From positions 1 to 64,000 of the forward strand of contig CT868629.1 in the NCBI GenBank assembly GCA_000165425.1: a stretch of DNA of 64,000 bases. Reading direction: 5' to 3'. Shown here one piece after another: positions 29,622 to 41,207 of the stretch. Below the pieces are notes generated by a model, which did not search any database, was not told the DNA's origin, and worked only from the letters and a program-made list of their open reading frames with translations. The translations under genes and the position numbers were made by a program. Source of the stretch: Paramecium tetraurelia (taxonomy: Eukaryota). How positions within the stretch are numbered: position 1 is the first letter of the stretch; each line of letters opens with the position of its first letter.

Positions 29622-32000
29622 ATGGAGAGTGATTCTAAAACAAAGTCTTAGTCAGAAATATTACCTGAGATGATTTATAATTATTATAAGTTTCCAGCTG
29701 ATTTGAAGAAAGCTGAATTACATGGGGTATTTCTAATAATTAAGGTAAGAAATCTTTTAAGGTTTACGAAAAATCTATGAGGAATTCCCCTTAATGCCTT
29801 TGTTGTGATTATTATCAAGATCATATTAAATTCTCAATATGTAGTGATTTAAGAAAATCAGATATTTGTGAGGTAGCATCTGATTACTTTGAAATGATTA
29901 AATGGATGATTGCTAATCTTGCTTCTATTTGGTACACAAGAGCTATTAATAATTAGTATAATTGTTGTTCCTTATGCTTTATATCGTAACCATTAGGGAA
30001 ATCTATGTGAAATGCATCCAAATTGCAATTAAAATTCACTCAAAATATTCACTATCTGGAACATAACTACTGAATTCTATAACCTCAATGAATTTATATA
30101 TCCTTTTCTTCTTTTATTATCAGCATTTATTCATTATTTTTACTGTACCAGTTATTTTTGCACTTAGTAATTGGAAAAAATCTTTAAACTAATAATTGCA
30201 ACGGATTATTAGGATGGAGTTTATTTTCCTGATTTAATAACAAATGAATAAGTTCTGGAGTTTTTAAGAGAAAATTCATAAAATAGTATATATTTTTAGG
30301 TAAAGGACTTAAAATCATATGAACAAAATTTATTTGATATATTAAAATCTCCTTATTTGGGAGAAAGTCAAAAAGTGTAAGTATATTGTTTAGCGTTTTT
30401 TTAGTAAAAGAAAAAAAATGATACTAAAAGAATGTATTTTATGATAATTTAGAATTTTAGAAAAGTAGAAAATAATGCTATATATTTTGTCTAGAATAAT
30501 AATAATGCGACGATTTAATTGAAATTTGTAAGGAGCAAAAATTAATATTTTATCATGAATGTTAACTTAATGCTCCATTATGTTAATACTTTTTTAATTT
30601 TTTCCTAATCCTCATAAGTAGTTTTATTTATTCAATATCACTTTTTATAATATTAAAAATTAGATTTGATTTGATAAGTTCTCACTTTAATGGAGATAAT
30701 TAGTAAATGCTTAAAAATATTTTAAATATTTGGTTCACATTAATTACAATGGTTTTATAGACAATATTTTAATTATTAGGAAAGAAATTTTTGCCCAGAT
30801 GGGGTTAAGTTTTACATGAGTTTGTAAATATATATTATATATTATATTTAGGTTTTGCTTTTTACCTTAGTTTTTGTATATGTAAAAGATTTGGAGTCTT
30901 GGAATATTTATAAAAGTTGGCTCTCTCCTTCAGGTTATAGTTTACTGCAAAACGAAGGATTCATGGATTATATTATAACATTGTCCTACTTGAATATTAT
31001 AGTTCCATCTATTGTCTCACTTTTTGATTTTAAATATTTGTGGAAAAAAATCAAATAGTTAAAATTGAAATTGAAAAAAACTCATAATAAATCATAAATT
31101 GAAGCAAACATATTGTTTTAATCAAGAAGTTTTAATTTTTATTAAAAACATTTTAATATCTTTAGAATTTTTTATTATTCGATGACTTTTGGATTCCAAT
31201 ACCCAAATAATAATTCCTTTTACAATCTCGGTATAAGAGGCTACACGACGCGCTTTAATACGGTATCNNNNNNNNNNNNNNNNNNNNNNNNNNNNNNNNN
31301 NNNNNNNNNNNNNNNNNNNNNNNNNNNNNNNNNNNNNNNNNNNNNNNNNNNNNNNNNNNNNNNNNNNNNNNNNNNNNNNNNNNNNNNNNNNNNNNNNNNN
31401 NNNNNNNNNNNNNNNNNNNNNNNNNNNNNNNNNNNNNNNNNNNNNNNNNNNNNNNNNNNNNNNNNNNNNNNNNNNNNNNNNNNNNNNNNNNNNNNNNNNN
31501 NNNNNNNNNNNNNNNNNNNNNNNNNNNNNNNNNNNNNNNNNNNNNNNNNNNNNNNNNNNNNNNNNNNNNNNNNNNNNNNNNNNNNNNNNNNNNNNNNNNN
31601 NNNNNNNNNNNNNNNNNNNNNNNNNNNNNNNNNNNNNNNNNNNNNNNNNNNNNNNNNNNNNNNNNNNNNNNNNNNNNNNNNNNNNNNNNNNNNNNNNNNN
31701 NNNNNNNNNNNNNNNNNNNNNNNNNNNNNNNNNNNNNNNNNNNNNNNNNNNNNNNNNNNNNNNNNNNNNNNNNNNNNNNNNNNNNNNNNNNNNNGATCAT
31801 GATTTACAAAGGTTAGTACAAGATTTGAAACAAATTAGAAGCTCCATTAGGAGTTTATAGAATATCTTAAAAGTTTTGATACAATTAGTATTGATGAAAA
31901 GCACTAAATTTTTCTAAATTTACACAAAAGGCTGAAAAATTATGCAAAAGTACTTATATATTAATAGAATTTAGAAAAATAAGAAAAGTAATGTTTTTGA
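29622..32000 (+). CDS. OSCA/TMEM63/TMC-superfamily-like multi-pass membrane protein (spans a gap)
   Basis: N-terminal FPADLKKAELHG..QCLCCDYYQDHIKFSICSDL before TM1; later hydrophobic helices and SQIEANILFQSRSFNFYQKHFNIFRIFYYSMTFGFQYP; the frame after the gap ends at TGA 31998. The frame at 30340-30850 is not verified, and the family call is from motif resemblance only. Confidence 0.6.
31268..31794. other. Assembly gap (N run)
   Basis: Run of n. Confidence 1.
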
Positions 32001-32065
32001 TGGGGCTGTTCTGTTAGGTTGATTCATAAATTATTTTATTTTGATAGAATACAATTACGATTATC

Positions 32066-33635
32066 TCATCTCTATATTATCAATATTATTAAAATAAGAT
32101 TATTCTCATAAAACAATGCTGATGTAATCAGAAAAATCTCCATCAAGTTGCTCAAAAACATTCTTAACGTTGTACAATATTTAAATTCCCCAAATTATCG
32201 CTGAATGTCACACTCCAATAAGCAGTCATCGGGGTTGTCTTTGGTTTATCTTTACAAGATTCCAATTTAACTGAAATCTGCATGTCTGTTTTTTAGCATT
32301 GCCTAACTTTAAATATACTTTAATCCTTTATTATTAGTTTAATTCATTTGAGTTTTCCTTTTTATCGAAAGTTCTTTTTATTTCTCTTTTATTTTTCCTC
32401 ACTCACAAAGGAATAAATAAAATAAGTTTTATCATCAATTTTAGATATTATTTTAAATTCATATTTGTTTAACATGTGATCAGACTTGAATATTGAGGGA
32501 AAACTTATTTTTTTATCTATTCAACATTCCAAATAGCAAATCCACATTGTGAAAATCTCAAACTTATTCATATTCTTGATGAATTTGAAAGATTTTCCAT
32601 TGAATTTATAATACACACTTTAAGAATTTTTGTCTTTGTTTTGTACTTAAATATTTTTAGCTCAGCCTTTGTGGACTAAAAATGAATATACATTTTTATT
32701 TATAAATCCTATTTTGATGAGCTGGATTGAAACCAAATAATAATTATAAATGGTTTAGAGCAAATAATAAAAATGAATAAATTTTAAATCAAATCTAATC
32801 AGCCAAGTTAATAATTAGTTCTTATTATTTCATTGACTCTGTGTGGAGATTATATATGTTTTAACTTATCATAGATTATTACTGATGTATCAATTCTATA
32901 TTTGCCATCAATTATTTCTAATTTGATATTAACAGCAACAGAGATGACATAAATGTTGATGTTGAATTGACATCTTCTTGGATATGTCTCTTCCTCATTA
33001 TTTAATGAATTTTTCTGTAATCATGAGTCCAATTCTCATTATAAAATTCGCATTGTCTTGCAGACTATCTGAAATTCTTGAATCCATAATTATTTAATTA
33101 TCTGTAAATCAACATAATAATGTTACTTTTAGAAACTGGAATAGTTGGTACTCTTAAAGTAGATTGGCAAAATTGAAGCCCTAAACTCATCAATCTAATG
33201 GATGACGACTTTATTTCCTTAATCATTCCAACTGATAATGTGCTGATTACATTAATCCTATGAATTCTTTCTAAAAAAGTACTTCTAACATAGATTTCAA
33301 TTTTAATAGGAAGACAGGCAATTTTGAGTATTCCATAGGAGTAGTTAATAGTAGATATAAGAATTAATGTTATTCATTAACAAATTGAATTTATCAAACC
33401 GCTCGATTTGCTGAATGGTCTATATTTTTAAAATGTTTTATTAATCTATATATTTTATTTCACTATTTTTATTAATCACCAATAATAGTGATTTGTTATA
33501 AAACCATTTATTCTTAAGTTCCAAACGATTTGAAACCTGTTACTCATTGAATGATGTGATTTTGCTATTCTTCACACTGAAATGTTTAAAAGGATCGACA
33601 GATTTTACAAAAATAATAGGTGCCATTTCTTACAT
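32066..33635 (-). CDS. Hypothetical protein or decaying gene
   Basis: Long coding-like stretches from ATG 33635 (MQEMAPIIFVKSVDPFK), but I could not build one consistent spliced frame. Confidence 0.3.
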
Positions 33636-33998
33636 TTTTTCAACTTTTTAATAATATAATTGATATATATTTCAATAAATGGAGAAGAAAATCTGAGATT
33701 TAATAATTACTCTGCTTTGGCTGTAGATTCTGAAGTCCAAAATTCAAAATAATCCATTTTTAGACTATTTTAAAGAAATATGCCTTTTTTTATTGTCTAC
33801 AATGCACTTTAATTATATAATCAAGATTTATTTTTATAAAAAGTATAAAAATATGAATAGTGATTGTCTTATCGCTTATTTGATTTAAATCTCTCTCAAT
33901 CCTTTGAAATATTAAGAATTAAAAATAGTAAATTTTCCTCTTCTCTAATAAAATTATATAAAAAGATTAAAGACGAAGCCATAATATTAATAATCTTT

Positions 33999-35627
33999 AT
34001 GAATAAATCAATTAATCTTCCATTAGATCAAAACCTCTAAACTTCATTTGGAGAATTCATCTATCAAGGCTCGAAACAATATTAAAGACTCATCTTCTTG
34101 CTGATGTTTATTTATTCAATAACAAGATTTTTATCAACTCTTTTTGGAGATAAAAATTACTATTTTATAGGTGGAGGGGGTTTTGTGATACAAACTATTT
34201 TATCAATAGCCATATCGATAAAAGGAAAACTCTTCATCAAGAAAATAGCTATTTAAATAACTTGTGTTATATTTTGCTTCATGTAAATTCAAGTTTACGA
34301 AACAAAGAATTTTTAAGAGATTTATGATAATTCGCAATTGCTGATGATATTTAATATTATAGTTTATGGCTTTATCGGTTTTAACATGGTTTTGATCCAA
34401 GTTATCGCTGGTTTAGGCATTAGAATTTGGATTTCAATAGTCAAAGATGGATTTAATATATATTCTTTGATTTACTAACTGATAGGGGATTTTGCAATTC
34501 TCTTGTATTGCTATTATAACCATTAGATTTTGAAGAAAGGTTTTCGTTAACAGTGCTTTGACAATCAGTTATGTACAAAAATTGATTATACAATAGTTCG
34601 ATTTCTACCATTTTTAATATAAAATTAATTCTTGTTGATAAATTTTGATGAAAAAGCCTAGTAATTTAATCTGAGATTCGGCAATAAAATAACTTCGATT
34701 ATTTGGGATGATTCTAATGCCCCTACCAAAAACCTAAGGATTTTCTTAAGGAGATACTATTTTGAATAGATTTCATTGGAATAATTTATCTTGTCAAGGA
34801 TTTCTAAGTTTAAGGAGAAATTTGATTATTTTTTTACAAAGAGCTTTAATGTTACCGGTTTGGATTTAAACGATCACTTAAATATAAATTATACTGAATG
34901 TTTTTTGGGCGAAAAATACTACCTGATTACTTTTAATGGATAGCATTTGGAATAATAATAATTTTAAACGATACAAGAATAGTTTATGGAGTGTTTAAAC
35001 TCAAATTAATCTATTACTGTGAGTTTTTTAAAAAAATAATTATTTTAATTATCAAACTTGAAATTTAATTAAAATATTCAACAATAGATTTCCAAGCTAA
35101 AACTCCATTGCATGTATTTTCTTGGGTAGTTTAAATAGGTTAACAGCTTTGCAGAAGTTGATTTTCATCTCAAAGATATTAATATGAGTAAATTAATGAA
35201 ATAAATTACTTATTTGTTTTGCAATGCTTATAACACTTAAAATTTTGAGTTGGTTTCTTTGGATTTTTAGGACATTTACATAAAGAGCAATGAGGAATTG
35301 ATCCAGACCTTTATTTTAATCATTTATTAGATGATAATTAGGTTAAAATCGATAGATCTGAAAAATATCATATAATTTGGTGTTGATTACAGGGATAATC
35401 AATTAATATTTATATAAATCCAAACTGAATGCTACTCATAGTTAAAGTTTGAATTGGAATAGAATCCCCTATTTAAGAAAATACAAAGAAGGCTTTGTCC
35501 TAATCTCGAGATTCACATTATAAATAACAGTAAGCAATCTCCTAATATTTAAGCTCTAAAACTGTTTCTGTATTAAAACCAAGAAGCTTTAGAATAAATT
35601 CGCAAAATTCAAGAAGAAATTATTTGA
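33999..35627 (+). CDS. Multi-TM membrane protein with a degenerate histidine-kinase-like cytoplasmic region (paralogue 1)
   Basis: 1629-nt open code-6 frame with about 5 N-terminal hydrophobic helices (QRLIFLLMFIYSITRFL...). The C-terminal FHLKDINMSKLMKQITYLF..IYIKSNEELIQTFILI resembles the start of an HATPase fold without the catalytic boxes. Confidence 0.7.
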
Positions 35628-35741
35628 TTTTGTTTAGTTATTGTGTTTTGATATTTAAATAGTTAGCATTTATATATAAATTAATTCCCAAATATTGATT
35701 CAGATGTGATAACACTCGAAAATTAATTTATATATATATAT

Positions 35742-37389
35742 ATGAAAAAGAAGTTAACTTTATAATTTGCTATGCCTGGGATTGAATAAGCGTATTAATT
35801 GGATCGCTTAATAAAAAATGTTGGGATGAGAAAGATTCTGTCGATATTATTACTATTGTTCGCATTAGTCAGATTGATAGCTTCGATTGTTCAAGGAAAT
35901 AACGAAGTTATGTATTGGGAAATCTGTTTCGCCTGTTACAGTATATTTCTAGTGGGTGTTTCTTTTAAGGGATCACCTGAAAAGGTAAAGAGCATCTATT
36001 CATTTACAAATAATTTTTTATGTGTACTGTAGGTTTGTGCAAATTATTATAAATACCCTTAATGCATTTACATAAATGGATAAAATGTAATGATATTCAA
36101 CATGACGATGTTCTACTTTTCTAGCATTTAGGAAGCCCCCATTTAATTGGTGGTTTTTCTTGCATCTCGAATACTGATTTCGGGATTGGTCAATGATCTT
36201 TTCATAGTTTAAGATTTCATATAAATAATAATCACTACTCTGTGTATATTGTTATTTATCTATTAAAATGATTAAAATTAGAGAGCTCATTTTTAATTAT
36301 AGTTTTCTGATAAATAATGGGGTAAACTCAATAAATTTAATTAGAACAAACCTTGCCAGTAATAATATAGAATCCATTTTTGATGTTTACATTTGATGAT
36401 GAGAGAATAAATTTTGATCTTAAGTTACAGAATGATATGTAAAAGATATTTTGGGATAATGAAAAGGCTCCCTCAGAAAATCTGAGATCTTTTTTGAGAT
36501 CCTACAAAATGGGCAATGACAATCTTGAATAGTATATATTGAACAGAACAAGAAGTTGCAGCGATTATAAAAAGATTTTCTTGCATACTTTGCGAATTTA
36601 AAGGTTTGATTAGGATTCTGAGTCAAAAAAGACAGTGATTCGATTATCTGACTTCTATTTGGGTTAGTAGGTGTTCTTAATAGTGTTTGATTAACACGAA
36701 TAGAAAATTCGTTAGCTTTCTAAATTGAAGGATGCTCTTATTCAAGGAATAAATTAGCATTAGAATTTGACTATTAATTTTCTCAAGAAACAATTGAATT
36801 TGATGTAAAATGCCATCAACTCTAAAAATACAATTGATAATATTTATAAATTAAAAATTCATTGCATGTATTTTATTGGCAAATACACTTAATGCAACAG
36901 TTTCCAAGATATTGAGGAGAAGATTCAATAGATCAACATTACTGAAATGGTTAAAGATTTGATACACATATACAGTATGGCTTATAAACAGATACAACTT
37001 GAATTTTCCAGCAATAGTTTTGAGGATATTTATGGATTTAGCAATTAGTAACTACTGAACATCTTCTTGGTCATTCTTTTTTAAACTTTTGTTAGACTTA
37101 ATCAAAGTGGCAAAACCATATTTGTTCATTTAGCAGACACAAAAGGGAATTGTGAATTCTAATTAATAACAATCAGCATCATATTTGATAAATCAGAAGA
37201 GTTCAAATAAAAATTGATCAATAATCAACTATTCTATAAAATCTAAGTGAGATTGAGTCCAAAGGTGGATATCATAGCATCTGATAATTGTAAATATTAA
37301 TGATAAGTTGATTAGCCTGCCAATTCTTAATTTACAAAAATCTCCAGTAATTAAATGATATAAGAATGTTGGAAGAAGAAATAGAATGA
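35742..37389 (+). CDS. Multi-TM membrane protein with a degenerate histidine-kinase-like cytoplasmic region (paralogue 2)
   Basis: Same architecture as the upstream gene: MRKILSILLLLFALVRLIASI TM1, EKIQQINITEMVKDLIHIY, IYGFSNQQLLNIFLVILF, IQVRLSPKVDI; several micro-introns. Confidence 0.7.
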
Positions 37390-37451
37390 TTTAACTAATT
37401 AATATATATATCTTCATACTCATAACAAATAATTAAGAAATTATAAACAAA

Positions 37452-38754
37452 TCATTTAATTTTTGCACCAAATGGCACCTTATCTAATCTAGTTACCGAT
37501 CTTCTACTGAAAACTATTTTCCTTTAACTTATGACCAATCCTTAATCTTCATCATACGATTTCCGTGAAGAGCACATTTTTGCAACGCTAGAGGACCTTC
37601 CAATTCGAACATTTACTCCGCTAAAATTCAATTTGAATATTTTCAATTGCTCTCTAAACCAATTATGAGATAGAACATCGAAAATATTGGCTCTCTCTTT
37701 TGGATTCACCACAAATATTATACTCAATAAATGTATTAATTCCTTTGACACAGATTTCTTCGTAATCTAGTAATTGCATTAAAGGATATTTCTGTATGTT
37801 TCAGAGGGATTGTTACCATCAAAGGGCAGCTTCCCAAAGACCAAGCCATATATTATACAACCTACAGCCCATACATCCTGTCCAGGTTGAATGAATTTAT
37901 ATGAATTCGACAATACTTCTGGAGCCAAATAAGACAGAGTACCAACTACGTTTTCTGTAACCAAAGGTTATCCAGCATAATTCGAAACTCCGAAATCAAT
38001 TATTTTTATCTGATTAAATATTTATTATTTCTTACATCTTTACAAGAAAGGGATGATAGCATAATATTTTCTAATTTTAAATCACAATGGATGATTTTTC
38101 TTTCATGACAATAAGCAATAGCCTCCACTACTTAGCGAGAGAAGTGTTTAGCCTCACCTTCTGTTAATTTAGCTAGAATTTAAATTTGATATTACAATTA
38201 GCCTGAGTCAATAACGACCCTCCTTATAAGTATTCCATCACCATAATCACCTCCTTCTAATTAGGATACGCGAATTTCTCGTATAGTCTTACTATATTTT
38301 TATGATCTAACTATTTTAAGATTAGAGATTCTTATTCCAGTATCTCCATGTCTTAGTCCTACCAAGTTGATGAGCTTATTTTCTTAATGGCCACCAATTC
38401 TTTAGTTTCTTTGTGCTTTCCCAAAAATATCACCCCTTATCCTCCTTCTCCAACTCTTTTGATAATATCATACTCGAACTTCAAATTGCTCAAGTCACTC
38501 TCATCACTTTTCAATTGAGCATACAGAGTCGTACCTTTTTTGATGGAAATCAAATCTTTTTCTTCGATTTCAGTTCCATCAATCAAAAATAGTCGTAATT
38601 ATTAGGCACTTTATCTCCAAACTATTTGAATCAACTTCGCCACATCGCTAAATTTTGTGTTGGGATTTAGCATTAAGCGGATTGGATTTTGATTTGTTGA
38701 TATTAAAGTGCAAGATCTAACATAACTCTGCAATGTAAATTTGGTTGAGCTCAT
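37452..38754 (-). CDS. CAMK-group-like Ser/Thr kinase (HCD catalytic loop) with a DCX/KHA-like N-terminal domain
   Basis: VGEGGQGVI, VAIK, HCDLKLEN, DFG, GTLSYLAPE and DVWAVGC motifs; N-terminal RLFLIDGTEIEEKDLISIKKGTTLY. Confidence 0.9.
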
Positions 38755-39810
38755 TTTTAATTTTTATAATAAATTACTCCTATGCTCCAGATTTTTAAAA
38801 TAATAACTCTTCACTATCTCATATCTATATCAGTAATAAACAGTAAAGTCTCAACCCAGTGGTTCCTAAGTGAGTATTCCCTAAATAAGATTTAGTAAAT
38901 CATATTCTATATTCTCTTCAAATGGACCAAAAAATCACAATAACATCATTAAATCCTTCATATTCTGATTGATTCCAAGATTTTATATTGTGCTCCATGA
39001 AATCATGAAAGATAACAAATAGATTTGCGAAGTTGGCTACAAATAAATCAATGAAATTTTATTTTTAATTTAATAATATTATGAATAGTTTATATCGCAA
39101 TTTAAAATTTAAAATTGTCATAAAACGATGGTTTAAATTAATAAATTCTATATTTAGTTAAATAATTTGATAATAGAGAGTAAATTCATTATATTATACT
39201 TTGTAACTCTATAATTCACATCACAATTACAAAATAGAAATATCTATATACAATCTATTAAACACTCATATTTAAGACATTTTTAATTAATATGGATCTC
39301 CCTTTATTAGTTTGGATAAGTCTTGCTCATTTCCTAGATTATTTAAATAATTTACTTATAGTCTTAAAAAGAATAGATTTTACTTCCTAATTAAGTGCAT
39401 AACATAAACAAAACACAAAAGTATGATAGTGTAAGCTAATATCAATTAATTTAATAATAAATAAATAAATAACAATCTATTGTATGGTAGGTGAATGAAA
39501 TTGTAAAATCACTAATTAATAAAATGCTGGCAAAGTTAATATTTAATTCAATAAGAATTCAATTAGTGTAATTTATTGATCATCCAATTTTTAGCACCAT
39601 CGAGTATCTTATCGAAATTGTTGAATTGAAATCTTATCAACAAATATTTTAATGTTATTCGTTATCTTTAATAGAATATAACAGACATAAATATTGCTAA
39701 ACCGTAGTAATTAATTAAGATATTATAGCCAAAGAATGCGATTTTTAATACCATTATAGCAATTCTAAGAAATTTCAAATTTTATATGAAATTTATTTTT
39801 TTTATTAATA

Positions 39811-41019
39811 ATGCAAGAAATTTTGAAATAATCTCAATAGGAATTCGATCCCAAACGCTTATCGTAGATTAGTTTGACTCACCAAGGAATCAAAAGATTA
39901 AACTAATTGGGAGGAATTAATTGTTCGACTGAATACATAGAGAAAATTCATTATGCAGAATATGAGGAAGGGTAGGAAATCATTAGAACTGGAGAAAGCG
40001 GTCATTTTTTTTATTTGCTCATTGAAGGAGAAATTAATATAAAAAAATCTTACTTTGGAGCAGAGGCTTTGATAAATCTACCATATATATAGACTATAAA
40101 CAGTATTACAAAAACAAAATTGGGAAGAATCAACAAATGCGATTTTGAATATATCAGAAGGAAAGCTAAGTTAAAGGATACAAATGAGTAACTTGAATTC
40201 TTTAGACAATCTCAATTATTTGGACAATTATCAAAAGCGATGATCGATAAGTTGCTCAAAAACTGTTAAATAGAAACATTTGATAGAAATCAATTGGTTT
40301 ATTATGAGGGAGACCCATCTTCTGCAATATATTTGGTGAGAGACGGAATATTTTAATTGCAGAAGAAAATGGTGGTAGGTAACAAATGGAAAAACATTAC
40401 CATAAGTGAAATAGGAATCTATTAATTATTTGGTGACCTCGAATGTTTGTTGAATAAACAAAGATATTTCACTGTTAAATGTTTAAAATAAGGTAGTTGC
40501 TATAAAATCAGCAATGAGGATTTCTATCAAAAAGTCATATCTGATTAACCAAGTCAAGAAGCAAAAACATACATAAATCAGTATGTTAGGACGCAGTAAC
40601 TTAATAGGAATGAGAGAATTGAAAGAGCAAATGAGACATTAGCTCATAATAGTGAATATCTGATTGGGTTGCCTGTAATGAACAATTAAAGCAACAAGGA
40701 ATTGAGTCAAATCGAAATGAGTGTTCTAGATAAGACTCATACGAGATATGCTCAAATCTATAATTCAGCTTGTTAGAAGAGAGTAAAGGTTAGGTACGCA
40801 ACAACCAACAAGACTGATGTAGCTGTTTCTAGAGTGACATCTAAAAAGGAGTCTATTAATAAGACGATTTTTATTTCGATTGAGAAACCATAAAAATAAT
40901 CTATCTATGATGAAATTAAAATGCCAGATATAGTTTAGAGGAGGTATCGCAATATCTTGCCTTAGAGAAAGAAAGATTTTTGGATAATTACTTAAAACAA
41001 TAAATCTTCCATACTTTGA
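39811..41019 (+). CDS. Protein with two cyclic-nucleotide-binding domains
   Basis: IIRTGESGHFFYLLIEGEI..YFGAEAL and LVYYEGDPSSAIYLVRDG..LFGDLECLLNKQRYFTVKC; 1209-nt frame. Confidence 0.85.
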
Positions 41020-41207
41020 AATAAAATTTATATATATATAATTTATTATCTTAACTTAACAATCTTTCAGTAATGCATAAATCCCCCATAGAAGTATTCT
41101 ATTTAAAAATATATTAAGTATGACCTACATATACTTATACAACAAATAAGGAGGAGACATAAACAAAATTTATAATAATGCATAATATATTAAATATTTA
41201 TTAAATA

